In this document: positions 23,992-33,694 of the stretch, one piece after another
Position numbering within the stretch: the first letter of the stretch is position 1
Layout of the letters: every line of letters starts with the position of its first letter
Assembly: GCF_051903065.1 (NCBI RefSeq)
Contig: NZ_CP178438.1
Source: Escherichia coli
GTDB lineage: Bacteria; Pseudomonadota; Gammaproteobacteria; Enterobacterales; Enterobacteriaceae
Direction: 5' to 3' (one strand)
DNA length: 64,000 nt
Notes under the pieces: generated by a model
What the model saw: the letters and a program-made list of their open reading frames with translations, nothing else
The model's database searches: none
What the model was told of the DNA's origin: nothing
Made by a program: the position numbers and the translations under genes

Positions 23992-24642
23992 TTACATGAA
24001 GAATGGCTTATCGCCATCAGTCCCGGGTTGATTGATGCCTATATTCTCACCAATGTGTTTCTCAGGTTTATCGATGATATCTGTAATTAATGCTGCGACA
24101 CTCTTACGTGATACGATCGTACCTTTGAATGGTTCATTGCGTGAGGTAAGCTCATAATCAATAATATCTTCATCCGTCAGCCAGGCAGGGCGAAGAATTG
24201 TATAATCCAGTCCAGAAGCCTCAATTGCATCCGCAGCCCTGCGGAATGGTTTTAGGGGCTCACCAATAACTGCATTATTCCATTCGCCAAATTTTCCTGG
24301 AACTTCATCATAAATGCCGAGGGAAAGAACAAAGATCAGACGTTTAACATCACAGGCTTTCATCGCAGCGATCACTGAATTTGCCTGAATATCTAAATCT
24401 TCCCCCGTAAGGTTGGCATACACAATATCCTGTCCCTGCATGGCCTGCTTCAGTGCTGCATGATTCAGTACATCCCCCATAATAATCTGGCTATTAGTTG
24501 GATAGGGTTTGTGTATTTTTGCTGGCTGACGAGCAAATAAAGTTTGTTTAATGGTTTGTTTATCTGCCAGTTGATTAATCACATGGCGGGCTATCTGACC
24601 GCCAGCACCAAGAATGAGTACTTTTTTCATAATATTTCTCAT
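23992..24642 (-). CDS. NAD(P)-binding oxidoreductase (NmrA/atypical SDR-like, about 212-216 aa); appears intact here
   Basis: Rossmann motif VLILGAGGQIARHV near the N-terminus; open frame to stop. Confidence 0.7.
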   Translation of the reverse strand: MRNIMKKVLILGAGGQIARHVINQLADKQTIKQTLFARQPAKIHKPYPTNSQIIMGDVLNHAALKQAMQGQDIVYANLTGEDLDIQANSVIAAMKACDVKRLIFVLSLGIYDEVPGKFGEWNNAVIGEPLKPFRRAADAIEASGLDYTILRPAWLTDEDIIDYELTSRNEPFKGTIVSRKSVAALITDIIDKPEKHIGENIGINQPGTDGDKPFFM

Positions 24643-24647
24643 GAAAC

Positions 24648-25580
24648 TTATCCCAGATGGGTGTTGAAAAAAGGAATAACTTTTTCCAGCGCCTCCTGAA
24701 CTGCTTCCGGTTTGTCATACAGTTCATAATGTGAGAAATCGGGTAATGAAACTAACTGACGATCCTGCGAAACCATCGCCCGGCCATAGACTTCCAGTCC
24801 ATCACGATAAGCACCGAAGGCACCGACTTTTTCACCAACTACTACCATCACCGGCTGAGTCAGTAACACTTCAGTAAATGCGAAGGCATCCCAGGCCAGC
24901 GTTTTCTGTGCATGTGAGAACAACATTTTTGTCGCACCTCCCGGTTGTTGCCCGCGTGGTGTTTTATAGTAGTCAGTTGCTTCATAAACATCGCGTTCGG
25001 TCAGTCCATGGGCTTTTGCTGCATCCAGGCTGGCGGGAAGTAATTCGTTGATCTGTAATTCTCCACCACGAGCCTCTTTGGTTCGTTGCGACGCCATTGC
25101 ATTCAATGCGCCAATCGGATCGTAATTGCTGAAACCTTCCCGAAAAAGACGCCCGATATTAACACCCGTAATACTCACTACAGCTTTAATTCGTTTTTCT
25201 GTCAGCGCGGCATTAATGGCATAGCCCCTCCCCCCACACACACCCAGCACGCCAATGCGTTCAGCATCAACATATGGCAGAGTTACTGCATAATCGATAA
25301 CACGGCTAATATCCTCTACGCGCTGTGTCGGATCTTCTATCCAACGAGGCTCCCCACCAGATTCTCCCTGGAAATTGGCGTCATAAGCGAGAACGACATA
25401 GCCTTTTTCAGCCAATGCCTTGCCATAGATATTGCCAGACGTCTGCTCCTTACAACTGCCAAAAGGATGGACGCTGATAATCGCCGGATACTGTTTTGAC
25501 TCATCAAAATTTGGTGGAAACTGAATATTGGCAGCAATATGCCAGGCCATATCACTATTGCGGATTTGAATATGTTTCAT
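24648..25580 (-). CDS. Alpha/beta hydrolase, paralog of YcjY (310 aa)
   Basis: About half its residues are identical to the adjacent YcjY ORF by eye (shared YDAxxQGESGGEPR and IGxxGxCxGxGY blocks). Confidence 0.7.
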   Translation of the reverse strand: MKHIQIRNSDMAWHIAANIQFPPNFDESKQYPAIISVHPFGSCKEQTSGNIYGKALAEKGYVVLAYDANFQGESGGEPRWIEDPTQRVEDISRVIDYAVTLPYVDAERIGVLGVCGGRGYAINAALTEKRIKAVVSITGVNIGRLFREGFSNYDPIGALNAMASQRTKEARGGELQINELLPASLDAAKAHGLTERDVYEATDYYKTPRGQQPGGATKMLFSHAQKTLAWDAFAFTEVLLTQPVMVVVGEKVGAFGAYRDGLEVYGRAMVSQDRQLVSLPDFSHYELYDKPEAVQEALEKVIPFFNTHLG

Positions 25581-26512
25581 TACAGAGTTTCCTCAAAGAA
25601 CGGAGCTAATACTGAAATTGCTTCAGCCACATAGGCTTTGCCGTCATAAAGATCCATATGGTTTGCGCCTTCAACAATGTGATAGCGTTTATCCTGGCTT
25701 GATGCCCGATCGTACAGGTCGTCACTCATCCATTTGCTCCCTGCCTGGCTGCCCGCCACAATCTGCATCGGCTGAGTCAGGTACACTTCCGCCATATGGT
25801 AAGCATCATAGGTAATAATCTGGTTAAGGCTGCGCAAAGTAGCGTAACCCGGTGCTGTTGGATACTGCGCACGAGGGGTGTGGTAATACTCCCAGGCCTG
25901 ACGCAGTTCTTCGTTCGGCGCATCGGCCTCCTTCATTGGAGCCAGTGGCATAATGGCGTATTCTTCGCTGCTAATATCGCTGGTTCGGGCGTTTGAGCCA
26001 GCTTCAATGTGTGGCAGAGCATCAATAGATTTCACATTGTTTTCCCAACCATTGCGGAACATCGAACCAATATTGACCGCACTAACGGTACCGATGGCCT
26101 TGATGCGGCGATCCTGAATTGCAGCATTGGCTGTATATCCTGCACCGGCACAAATTCCCATCGCACCAATTCGGGTATTGTCGACATAAGAAAGCGTTGT
26201 CAGGTAATCAATCACGGCACTGATGTCTTCAGTACGAATGTATGGGTTTTCTAACTGACGCGGCTCGCCGCCACTTTCACCCTGATAAGATGCGTCATAA
26301 GCAATAGTGACAAATCCCTTTTCCGCCAGTTTTTCGGCATAGGTCCCGGCCGTTTGTTCTTTAACGCCCCCACCTGGGTGAGATACCACAATTGCCGGAT
26401 ATTGACGGGTTTCATCAAATTTTGGAGGAAAATAGATCACTGCAGACAAAGAGATGGTTGGATTATTGCTGTTAGTGAAGCTGACTTTATTATTCATCAT
26501 TCCGTTCCTCAT
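25580..26512 (-). CDS. ycjY: Alpha/beta hydrolase YcjY (about 306-310 aa)
   Basis: …MNNKVSFTNSNNPTISLSAVIYFPPKFDETRQY…; the stop of this gene overlaps the start of the downstream hydrolase (ATGA at 25580). Confidence 0.8.
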   Translation of the reverse strand: MRNGMMNNKVSFTNSNNPTISLSAVIYFPPKFDETRQYPAIVVSHPGGGVKEQTAGTYAEKLAEKGFVTIAYDASYQGESGGEPRQLENPYIRTEDISAVIDYLTTLSYVDNTRIGAMGICAGAGYTANAAIQDRRIKAIGTVSAVNIGSMFRNGWENNVKSIDALPHIEAGSNARTSDISSEEYAIMPLAPMKEADAPNEELRQAWEYYHTPRAQYPTAPGYATLRSLNQIITYDAYHMAEVYLTQPMQIVAGSQAGSKWMSDDLYDRASSQDKRYHIVEGANHMDLYDGKAYVAEAISVLAPFFEETL

Positions 26513-26599
26513 GGAGTTGTTGGTTCGTTTTAACGGTTGGTGATATCACTATAGATATTGATCATTAAGTTGATTAGACCCAAAATCATGATTAGACCT

Positions 26600-26613
26600 A
26601 TCATTTAAATGAT
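26600..26613. promoter_or_regulatory. Candidate LysR-type operator (T-N11-A palindrome) in the ycjY-pgrR divergent region
   Basis: Perfect palindrome ATCATTTAAATGAT 25 bp upstream of the pgrR start; preceded by two direct copies of tgattagacc (26571-26580, 26589-26598). Confidence 0.45.
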
Positions 26614-26637
26614 TAATAGATTGTATGGAGATACTGA

Positions 26638-27537
26638 ATGAAGCGTGAAGAGATCGCTGATCTGATGGCGTTTGTCGTCGTTGCAGAGGAGCGTAGCTTC
26701 ACTCGAGCAGCAGCCCGCCTGAGCATGGCGCAGTCAGCTTTAAGCCAGATAGTGCGCCGTATAGAAGAACGATTGGGATTGCGGCTTCTGACGCGAACTA
26801 CGCGCAGCGTTGTACCAACTGAAGCGGGCGAGCATCTTTTGTCTGTTCTTGGCCCTATGTTGCATGACATAGATTCTGCCCTGACATCCCTGAGCGATCT
26901 GCAGAACCGCCCATCCGGGACAATACGTATTACTACTGTAGAACATGCAGCAAAAACGATATTGTTACCAGCCATGCGCACATTCCTGAGATCGCATCCT
27001 GAAATTGATATTCAGCTCACCATTGATTATGGTTTGACCGATGTCGTTTCTGAACGTTTTGATGCAGGCGTCCGTCTGGGTGGGGAGATGGATAAAGATA
27101 TGATCGCCATTCGAATCGGGCCAGATATACCAATGGCTATTGTTGGCTCACCGGATTATTTTTCTCGCCGAAGTGTTCCAACGTCAGTGTCACAATTAAT
27201 AGATCATCAGGCAATTAATTTGTATCTTCCCACATCGGGTACAGCAAATCGCTGGAGATTAATACGCGGTGGACGTGAAGTTCGTGTTCGCATGGAAGGT
27301 CAGCTTTTACTGAATACGATAGACCTGATCATTGATGCTGCAATTGATGGGCATGGATTGGCGTATCTACCTTATGATCAGGTTGAGCGGGCTATTAAAG
27401 AAAAAAAACTGATACGTGTTTTGGATAAATTCACACCAGATTTACCCGGTTATCACCTGTACTATCCACACCGTCGACATGCTGGCTCGGCATTCTCATT
27501 ATTTATAGATAGGCTGAAGTATAAAGGTGCTGTTTAG
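26638..27537 (+). CDS. pgrR: LysR-family regulator PgrR/YcjZ (299 aa)
   Basis: N-terminal LysR HTH (ADLMAFVVVAEERSFTRAAARLSMAQSALSQIVRRIEERLG); divergent from ycjY. Confidence 0.85.
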   Translation: MKREEIADLMAFVVVAEERSFTRAAARLSMAQSALSQIVRRIEERLGLRLLTRTTRSVVPTEAGEHLLSVLGPMLHDIDSALTSLSDLQNRPSGTIRITTVEHAAKTILLPAMRTFLRSHPEIDIQLTIDYGLTDVVSERFDAGVRLGGEMDKDMIAIRIGPDIPMAIVGSPDYFSRRSVPTSVSQLIDHQAINLYLPTSGTANRWRLIRGGREVRVRMEGQLLLNTIDLIIDAAIDGHGLAYLPYDQVERAIKEKKLIRVLDKFTPDLPGYHLYYPHRRHAGSAFSLFIDRLKYKGAV

Positions 27538-27782
27538 CACTACTTGCTGATACATTAATTTAATTCTTCTCTTAACGTATTCTCAGTTCCTTTCAACGTT
27601 TTGGTTATTTTTTATTCTTCGTACAATGGCGACAGATGCTGATTATGATACCGAAAACTGGTTTGAACGTGTGAAGCCCGAACGTAGTGTTCGGTGTTCT
27701 ATGTGCTTTGCCGCATTTTGGCGTCTATTATTTACACTAAATATGATTTAATATATTGATACATAAAACATTTTATGCTTCC

Positions 27783-27816
27783 TGTGTCACTTTTTTGATG
27801 GAAGTTGTTTGCATTT
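27783..27816 (+). promoter_or_regulatory. Conserved 34-bp motif (copy B) upstream of mppA
   Basis: tgtgtcacttttttgatggaagttgtttgcattt, ending 58 bp before the mppA ATG. Confidence 0.5.
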
Positions 27817-27873
27817 CTTTAAGGCGAAACAAATAATTACGCATCAATTTTAATGTCGGTTAGAGGGAAACTT

Positions 27874-29487
27874 ATGAAGCACTCTGTTTCAGTCACGTGT
27901 TGTGCGCTGTTGGTCAGCAGCATTTCTCTTTCGTATGCTGCAGAAGTTCCGAGCGGCACAGTACTGGCAGAGAAGCAGGAGCTGGTGCGCCACATTAAAG
28001 ATGAGCCTGCGTCGCTGGATCCCGCTAAAGCCGTGGGCCTGCCAGAGATTCAGGTCATTCGCGATCTTTTTGAAGGACTGGTGAATCAGAACGAGAAAGG
28101 GGAGATTGTCCCCGGCGTTGCGACTCAGTGGAAAAGTAATGACAACCGTATCTGGACTTTTACCCTGCGCGATAACGCAAAATGGGCGGATGGCACACCG
28201 GTAACGGCGCAAGATTTTGTCTACAGCTGGCAGCGTCTGGTGGACCCGAAAACGCTATCGCCATTTGCATGGTTTGCCGCGCTGGCGGGAATCAACAACG
28301 CACAGGCGATTATTGATGGTAAAGCTACGCCTGACCAGCTTGGCGTCACCGCAGTTGATGCCCATACTTTGAAAATTCAGCTTGATAAACCGTTGCCGTG
28401 GTTTGTGAATTTAACCGCTAACTTTGCCTTCTTCCCGGTGCAAAAAGCCAACGTAGAAAGCGGTAAAGAGTGGACGAAACCCGGAAATCTGATCGGCAAT
28501 GGCGCTTATGTTCTTAAAGAGCGCGTAGTCAATGAAAAACTGGTCGTGGTACCGAATACCCATTATTGGGATAACGCCAAAACGGTACTGCAAAAAGTGA
28601 CCTTCCTGCCAATTAATCAGGAATCCGCAGCCACTAAGCGTTACCTCGCGGGGGATATTGATATCACCGAATCCTTCCCGAAAAATATGTATCAGAAGCT
28701 GTTGAAGGATATTCCGGGGCAGGTTTATACGCCGCCGCAGCTCGGGACCTATTATTATGCGTTTAACACGCAAAAAGGGCCGACGGCAGATCAGCGCGTT
28801 CGTCTGGCATTAAGTATGACGATAGATCGCCGCCTGATGACCGAAAAAGTATTAGGGACGGGCGAAAAGCCAGCGTGGCATTTTACACCAGATGTTACCG
28901 CCGGATTTACGCCGGAACCTTCGCCGTTTGAACAAATGAGTCAGGAAGAACTGAATGCGCAGGCAAAAACTTTGTTGAGCGCAGCTGGTTATGGTCCGCA
29001 AAAACCGCTGAAGCTGACGCTTTTGTATAACACTTCAGAAAACCATCAAAAAATTGCGATTGCTGTAGCATCGATGTGGAAAAAGAACCTTGGCGTAGAT
29101 GTTAAATTGCAAAATCAGGAATGGAAAACCTATATCGATAGCCGTAACACCGGCAATTTTGATGTTATCCGCGCCTCATGGGTGGGGGATTATAATGAAC
29201 CCTCCACTTTCCTGACATTATTAACGTCAACGCATTCAGGAAATATTTCACGCTTTAACAATCCGGCATACGACAAAGTTCTGGCCCAGGCATCGACGGA
29301 AAATACCGTTAAAGCGCGTAATGCCGATTACAACGCGGCAGAAAAAATCCTCATGGAGCAAGCACCGATTGCACCAATTTATCAATATACCAATGGACGA
29401 TTAATCAAGCCGTGGCTGAAAGGTTATCCCATTAATAACCCGGAAGATGTGGCGTACAGTCGGACTATGTATATTGTGAAGCATTGA
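27874..29487 (+). CDS. mppA: Periplasmic murein tripeptide binding protein (537 aa)
   Basis: MKHSVSVTCCALLVSSISLSYA signal peptide; OppA-like SBP family 5. Confidence 0.9.
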   Translation: MKHSVSVTCCALLVSSISLSYAAEVPSGTVLAEKQELVRHIKDEPASLDPAKAVGLPEIQVIRDLFEGLVNQNEKGEIVPGVATQWKSNDNRIWTFTLRDNAKWADGTPVTAQDFVYSWQRLVDPKTLSPFAWFAALAGINNAQAIIDGKATPDQLGVTAVDAHTLKIQLDKPLPWFVNLTANFAFFPVQKANVESGKEWTKPGNLIGNGAYVLKERVVNEKLVVVPNTHYWDNAKTVLQKVTFLPINQESAATKRYLAGDIDITESFPKNMYQKLLKDIPGQVYTPPQLGTYYYAFNTQKGPTADQRVRLALSMTIDRRLMTEKVLGTGEKPAWHFTPDVTAGFTPEPSPFEQMSQEELNAQAKTLLSAAGYGPQKPLKLTLLYNTSENHQKIAIAVASMWKKNLGVDVKLQNQEWKTYIDSRNTGNFDVIRASWVGDYNEPSTFLTLLTSTHSGNISRFNNPAYDKVLAQASTENTVKARNADYNAAEKILMEQAPIAPIYQYTNGRLIKPWLKGYPINNPEDVAYSRTMYIVKH

Positions 29488-29537
29488 TGTGATGGGAACT
29501 GGCGTTACCCTTGTGGATAACGCCAGTGATGTCTGAT

Positions 29538-30569
29538 TTAGCGGCCCTGTTCCGGCGGTGTAATGTTATCCATATACAGCGTCTGGCTGGGGAAGGCAAA
29601 GTCCGCGCCGTGTGACTGTACAATATCGATAATCTTCAAATAAACGTCTTGCTGTGCAGCAAGCCACTCAGCCCATACCGTGGTTTTGGTAAAGCAATAA
29701 ACCATAATATTCAATGACGAGTCAGCAAACTGGTTGAAATAAACCAGTAAGGTTTGTCGCTGGTCGATGGCCGGGTGATTTTTCAGCATCTCACGTACGG
29801 CTTCGACGATAACGCCCACTTTTGCCGCATCCTCATAACGTAAACCAATGGTCGTGGTAATGCGGCGGTTGGTCATTCGTCCTGGGTTTTCTACGCTGAT
29901 CGACGAAAACAGCGAGTTCGGTACGTACAATGGACGATTATCAAAGGTCGTAATTTTGGTAATTCGCCAGCCAATTTCCGCTACTGTACCTTCGATATTT
30001 CTGTCCGGTGAACGGATCCAGTCGCCAATACTGAAAGGACGGTCGAAATAGAGCATGATCCCGGAAAAGAAATTACTCAGAATATCTTTACCGGCCATAC
30101 CGACAGCCAGACCACCAATACCACCAAAGGTCAGCAAGCCAGAAAGGCTCATGCCGAAATGTTCGCCATAAAGCAGAACAAGCACCACAATAATGGTGAT
30201 TTTGATAATGCGCGACATAATCCGCGCACTGGTGATATCGCGACCTTTTTTAATCTGCTGTTTTTCAAACTGATTAATCAGCAGAAATAGCTTAATCGTC
30301 AGAATAACCGCAATCAGGGACGTACAGATAAAATCGATAACGCCTGGGGTGATAAATTTGAGTTTATAGTTTTCTATAACATAATTAATAATGCTACCAA
30401 CAGCACTGATAATTATGGTGTAGATTAAAAATTGCACCGCATGGAATAAAAAACCTTTTCTTTTACGATTTCCGCGGCGAAACCAAAAGCTCATCAGAAT
30501 CAATGCTGCGCAGCTACCGAAAATAATGACCAGATTAAGCGCATTATTTGTAAACAGTTCAGCGATCAT
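29538..30569 (-). CDS. ynaI: MscS-family mechanosensitive channel (343 aa)
   Basis: Multi-TM N-terminus plus MscS-like C-terminal region. Confidence 0.85.
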
Positions 30570-30812
30570 TGTTTTATCAGGCTCCTCCAGATAATTGTCG
30601 TCATGCCGGAAACCCCTGGCGGGGCTATTTTACCGCGACAATTCATTCAGATCATCAATAGTCAGGGAAGGAAGTAGCAACATTAGCTAACTAATCAATG
30701 CGTTGATTGTAAATCCAGCTAAGAGGTGAGGTTTTCAGAGCAGACAACGGTGAAATGTCATGGTATTGTTACGTTTAGGTAACAAGAAATTTGTCTGCAC
30801 AAGGATTACATC

Positions 30813-31070
30813 ATGATTATGGCGAAACTGAAGTCAGCGAAAGGGAAGAAATTTCTCTTTGGTTTGTTGGCGGTTTTCATTATTGCGGCGTCGGTTGTGA
30901 CTCGCGCGACTATCGGCGGCGTTATAGAACAGTACAATATTCCGCTGTCTGAGTGGACGACATCAATGTATGTGATTCAGTCATCGATGATTTTTGTTTA
31001 TAGCCTGGTCTTTACTGTGTTGCTGGCAATCCCGTTGGGAATTTATTTCCTTGGCGGCGAAGAGCAGTAA
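30813..31070 (+). CDS. ynaJ: Small membrane protein (85 aa, DUF2534)
   Basis: Two hydrophobic helices; position between ynaI and uspE. Confidence 0.75.
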   Translation: MIMAKLKSAKGKKFLFGLLAVFIIAASVVTRATIGGVIEQYNIPLSEWTTSMYVIQSSMIFVYSLVFTVLLAIPLGIYFLGGEEQ

Positions 31071-31083
31071 GTAAAAAATAGGC

Positions 31084-31103
31084 CCGATAACTCGGGCCTT
31101 GTC
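31084..31103. terminator. Hairpin between convergent ynaJ and uspE
   Basis: ggcccgataactcgggcc stem-loop immediately after the ynaJ stop. Confidence 0.5.
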
Positions 31104-31119
31104 AGTTATTGAAGAGTCG

Positions 31120-32070
31120 TTAATCGTCTTCTTCGTCATCCAGTTCAACGGGTGTCTGATACTGGTCAGGTTTAATGACCAACAGATCGCAGCGAAGATG
31201 ATCAATCACCTGTTCCGCCGTGTTGCCGAGGAATGCTGCTGAAATACCGGTGCGTCCTACCGTGCCCAGAACCACAATCCCCGCCTGTAAGTGCTCCGCC
31301 AAATCAGGAATCACCTCTTCTGGCAGACCTTTTTCTACGTGCGTCATGTTTTCATTAATGCCGAATTTCTGCCGCAGGGCTTTCATTGCCAGCAAATGTT
31401 GCCCACGAATGGCATCGTTATAAACGCTCGGATCAAATTCCGGCAGTTCAATCGCGATATTAATTGGCGTTACTGGGTAAGCGCCAACCAGATGAACTTC
31501 GGTATGGTTGACTTGTTCTGCCAGTTCGATCGTCTCTTTGACCAGTTTTTCATTGAGCGCATTATGATACGGCTCTTCACTGGCGAGATTCACCGCCACC
31601 AGCGCCTTACCTCCTTCCGGCCACGGCTGGTCTTTCACCATCCACACCGGGCTTGGGCATTTGCGTAACAGATGCCAGTCCGTTGGCGTAAAAATCACCG
31701 CTTCCAGACGGTCATGTTGGTGCGCCATTTTTAGCACCAAATCGTGCCCGCCGCTGATCACTTCCTGAATGATGGCTTCGAAAGGACGGTTATGCCAGAC
31801 CACTTTAATTTCAATGGGAACGCCAGCATTGAGATAATATTTTGCCTGCTCGTGGATCCAGGCTGTACGCTGGCTGATGACGCCCTGACGCATAGCGGTA
31901 CGTTCGTCCGGGGAGAGCAGGGTGGTCATTTCGTATGAGAAGTCATAGATCGGCAAAAAGGCTTTAATTTTGCCACCAATCCGTTGATGTAAATAAACAG
32001 CTCGCCGCAATGCTGGTTGGTCGTCCTGGTTAGGATCGATAACAACGAGCATGTTCTGATACATAGCCAT
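31120..32070 (-). CDS. uspE: Universal stress protein E (tandem Usp domains, 316 aa)
   Basis: Met giving [25 protein letters not shown]…; two UspA-like domains. Confidence 0.9.
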   Translation of the reverse strand: MAMYQNMLVVIDPNQDDQPALRRAVYLHQRIGGKIKAFLPIYDFSYEMTTLLSPDERTAMRQGVISQRTAWIHEQAKYYLNAGVPIEIKVVWHNRPFEAIIQEVISGGHDLVLKMAHQHDRLEAVIFTPTDWHLLRKCPSPVWMVKDQPWPEGGKALVAVNLASEEPYHNALNEKLVKETIELAEQVNHTEVHLVGAYPVTPINIAIELPEFDPSVYNDAIRGQHLLAMKALRQKFGINENMTHVEKGLPEEVIPDLAEHLQAGIVVLGTVGRTGISAAFLGNTAEQVIDHLRCDLLVIKPDQYQTPVELDDEEDD

Positions 32071-32221
32071 ACAGGGTCTCCTTACAACAACTGTCAACGC
32101 AGTTTGTAATTAAAAGATTAACCCATATCTGGTGAATGAAACAGTGATGAACCTTCTGCCAGATCAATAAATCAGAAAAATTTAATGATATGACAGAAGG
32201 ATAGTGAGTTATGCGGAAAAA

Positions 32222-32974
32222 TCAGGCAACGTTACGCGTATGACCAGCAAGCTGGGCCAGCGCATCGTTATTTTCGATGGTGATGTATTTACCTTTGACT
32301 GCCAGCATACCGCTTTTCTGGAAGCGACCCAGCAGACGGCTGATGGTTTCTACCGTCAGGCCCAGATAGTTACCGATATCGCCACGAGTCATCGTCAGGC
32401 GGAATTCACGAGGGGAGAAGCCGCGTTGGGCAAAACGACGGGACAGGTTGTAGATGAATGCAGCCAGACGTTCCTCGGCATTTTTCTTCGACAACAGCAG
32501 GATCATGTCCTGATCGCCTTTGATTTCACCGCTCATCAGACGCATCATCTGCTGACGCAGATTCGGCATTTTACCGGACAAATCGTCCAGCGTTTCGAAC
32601 GGGATTTCACATACCATCGAGGTTTCCAGCGCCTGCGCGAAGCTCGGGTGATGGCCGCTGCCGATGGCGTCAAATCCCACCAGGTCGCCTGCTAAATGGA
32701 AACCAGTGATTTGCTCGTCGCCTTGCTCAGTGATGGTATAACTTTTAATCGTACCGGAGCGGATGGCATAAAGCGATTTAAGTTCATCACCAGCCTTAAA
32801 CAGCGTCTGGCCTTTCTGAATAGGCTTCTTCCGCTCAATGATATTATCAAGCTGATCAAGCTCATGTTCGTTGAGTGTGAACGGGATGCAAAGCTGGCTG
32901 ATGCTGCAATCCTGGCAATGGATAGCACAACCGCCAGACTGAATGCGCCGTATAATTCGCTTTTCCGGGATCAT
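32222..32974 (-). CDS. fnr: Global anaerobic regulator FNR (250 aa)
   Basis: [32 protein letters not shown]… (N-terminal Cys cluster), CRP-family HTH ([17 protein letters not shown]). Confidence 0.95.
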
Positions 32975-32993
32975 AGGTCTGCTCAAGCCGTAA

Positions 32994-33007
32994 TTGATAT
33001 TTGTCAA
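32994..33007. promoter_or_regulatory. FNR box in the fnr promoter region (autoregulation)
   Basis: TTGATATTTGTCAA matches TTGAT-N4-ATCAA with one substitution in the right half-site; about 20-35 bp upstream of the fnr start. Confidence 0.6.
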
Positions 33008-33168
33008 TTTTAACATCTTTTTAGGGAGCAAGTAAGTCTAAGCAAACCTTAACAGCAGAGAATTCCGATATTAGATGTAAATATATGTCTATCTATTTGA
33101 AAACCCTTAAGTTGTTAAGGGTAACTTTACATAAAAGTGTGAACAAGCTGGCACAAATTGTTTAATGT

Positions 33169-33684
33169 TTACAGCAAAAGATAACCTTCGTGGCGCAATA
33201 ACCACTCTTTTCGCTGAACTCCGCCTGCATATCCGGTCATGGTGCCGTTTCGGCCAATAACCCGATGGCAAGGTACGACGATGCTGATGGGATTCGATCC
33301 GTTTGCCGCACCAACGGCACGCGCCGCGCCAGGACGGCCCAATTGCTCAGCCAGTTCGCCGTAATGCATTACCTGCCCGCAGGGGATAGTGCGTAGTGTT
33401 TTCCAGACTTCGCGCTGAAATGGCGTCCCCCCCGTAGCAGTGGGAAGCGTATCAATAATGCTAAGATTACCGGCAAAATATTCACGAAGCTTGTCGCTTA
33501 AACCGCCTGGATTGGTGGCAGAAATGCGCTCATAGCCTTCTTTGCGATAATGGATGTCCAGCAGCTGCACCATGCGTTCGCTGTACTCTTCCCATTCAAC
33601 CGCCCGCAGGCGAAATTGCTCATCGCAAATCACCCACAGTGGACCCAGTGGCGTGGCAATTTTTTCTTCAAGTAATCTCAGCAT
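33169..33684 (-). CDS. ogt: O6-methylguanine-DNA methyltransferase (171 aa)
   Basis: Active-site motif VPCHRVIG and a protein I recognise as Ogt. Confidence 0.9.
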   Translation of the reverse strand: MLRLLEEKIATPLGPLWVICDEQFRLRAVEWEEYSERMVQLLDIHYRKEGYERISATNPGGLSDKLREYFAGNLSIIDTLPTATGGTPFQREVWKTLRTIPCGQVMHYGELAEQLGRPGAARAVGAANGSNPISIVVPCHRVIGRNGTMTGYAGGVQRKEWLLRHEGYLLL

Positions 33685-33694
33685 CCGTTCTCTC

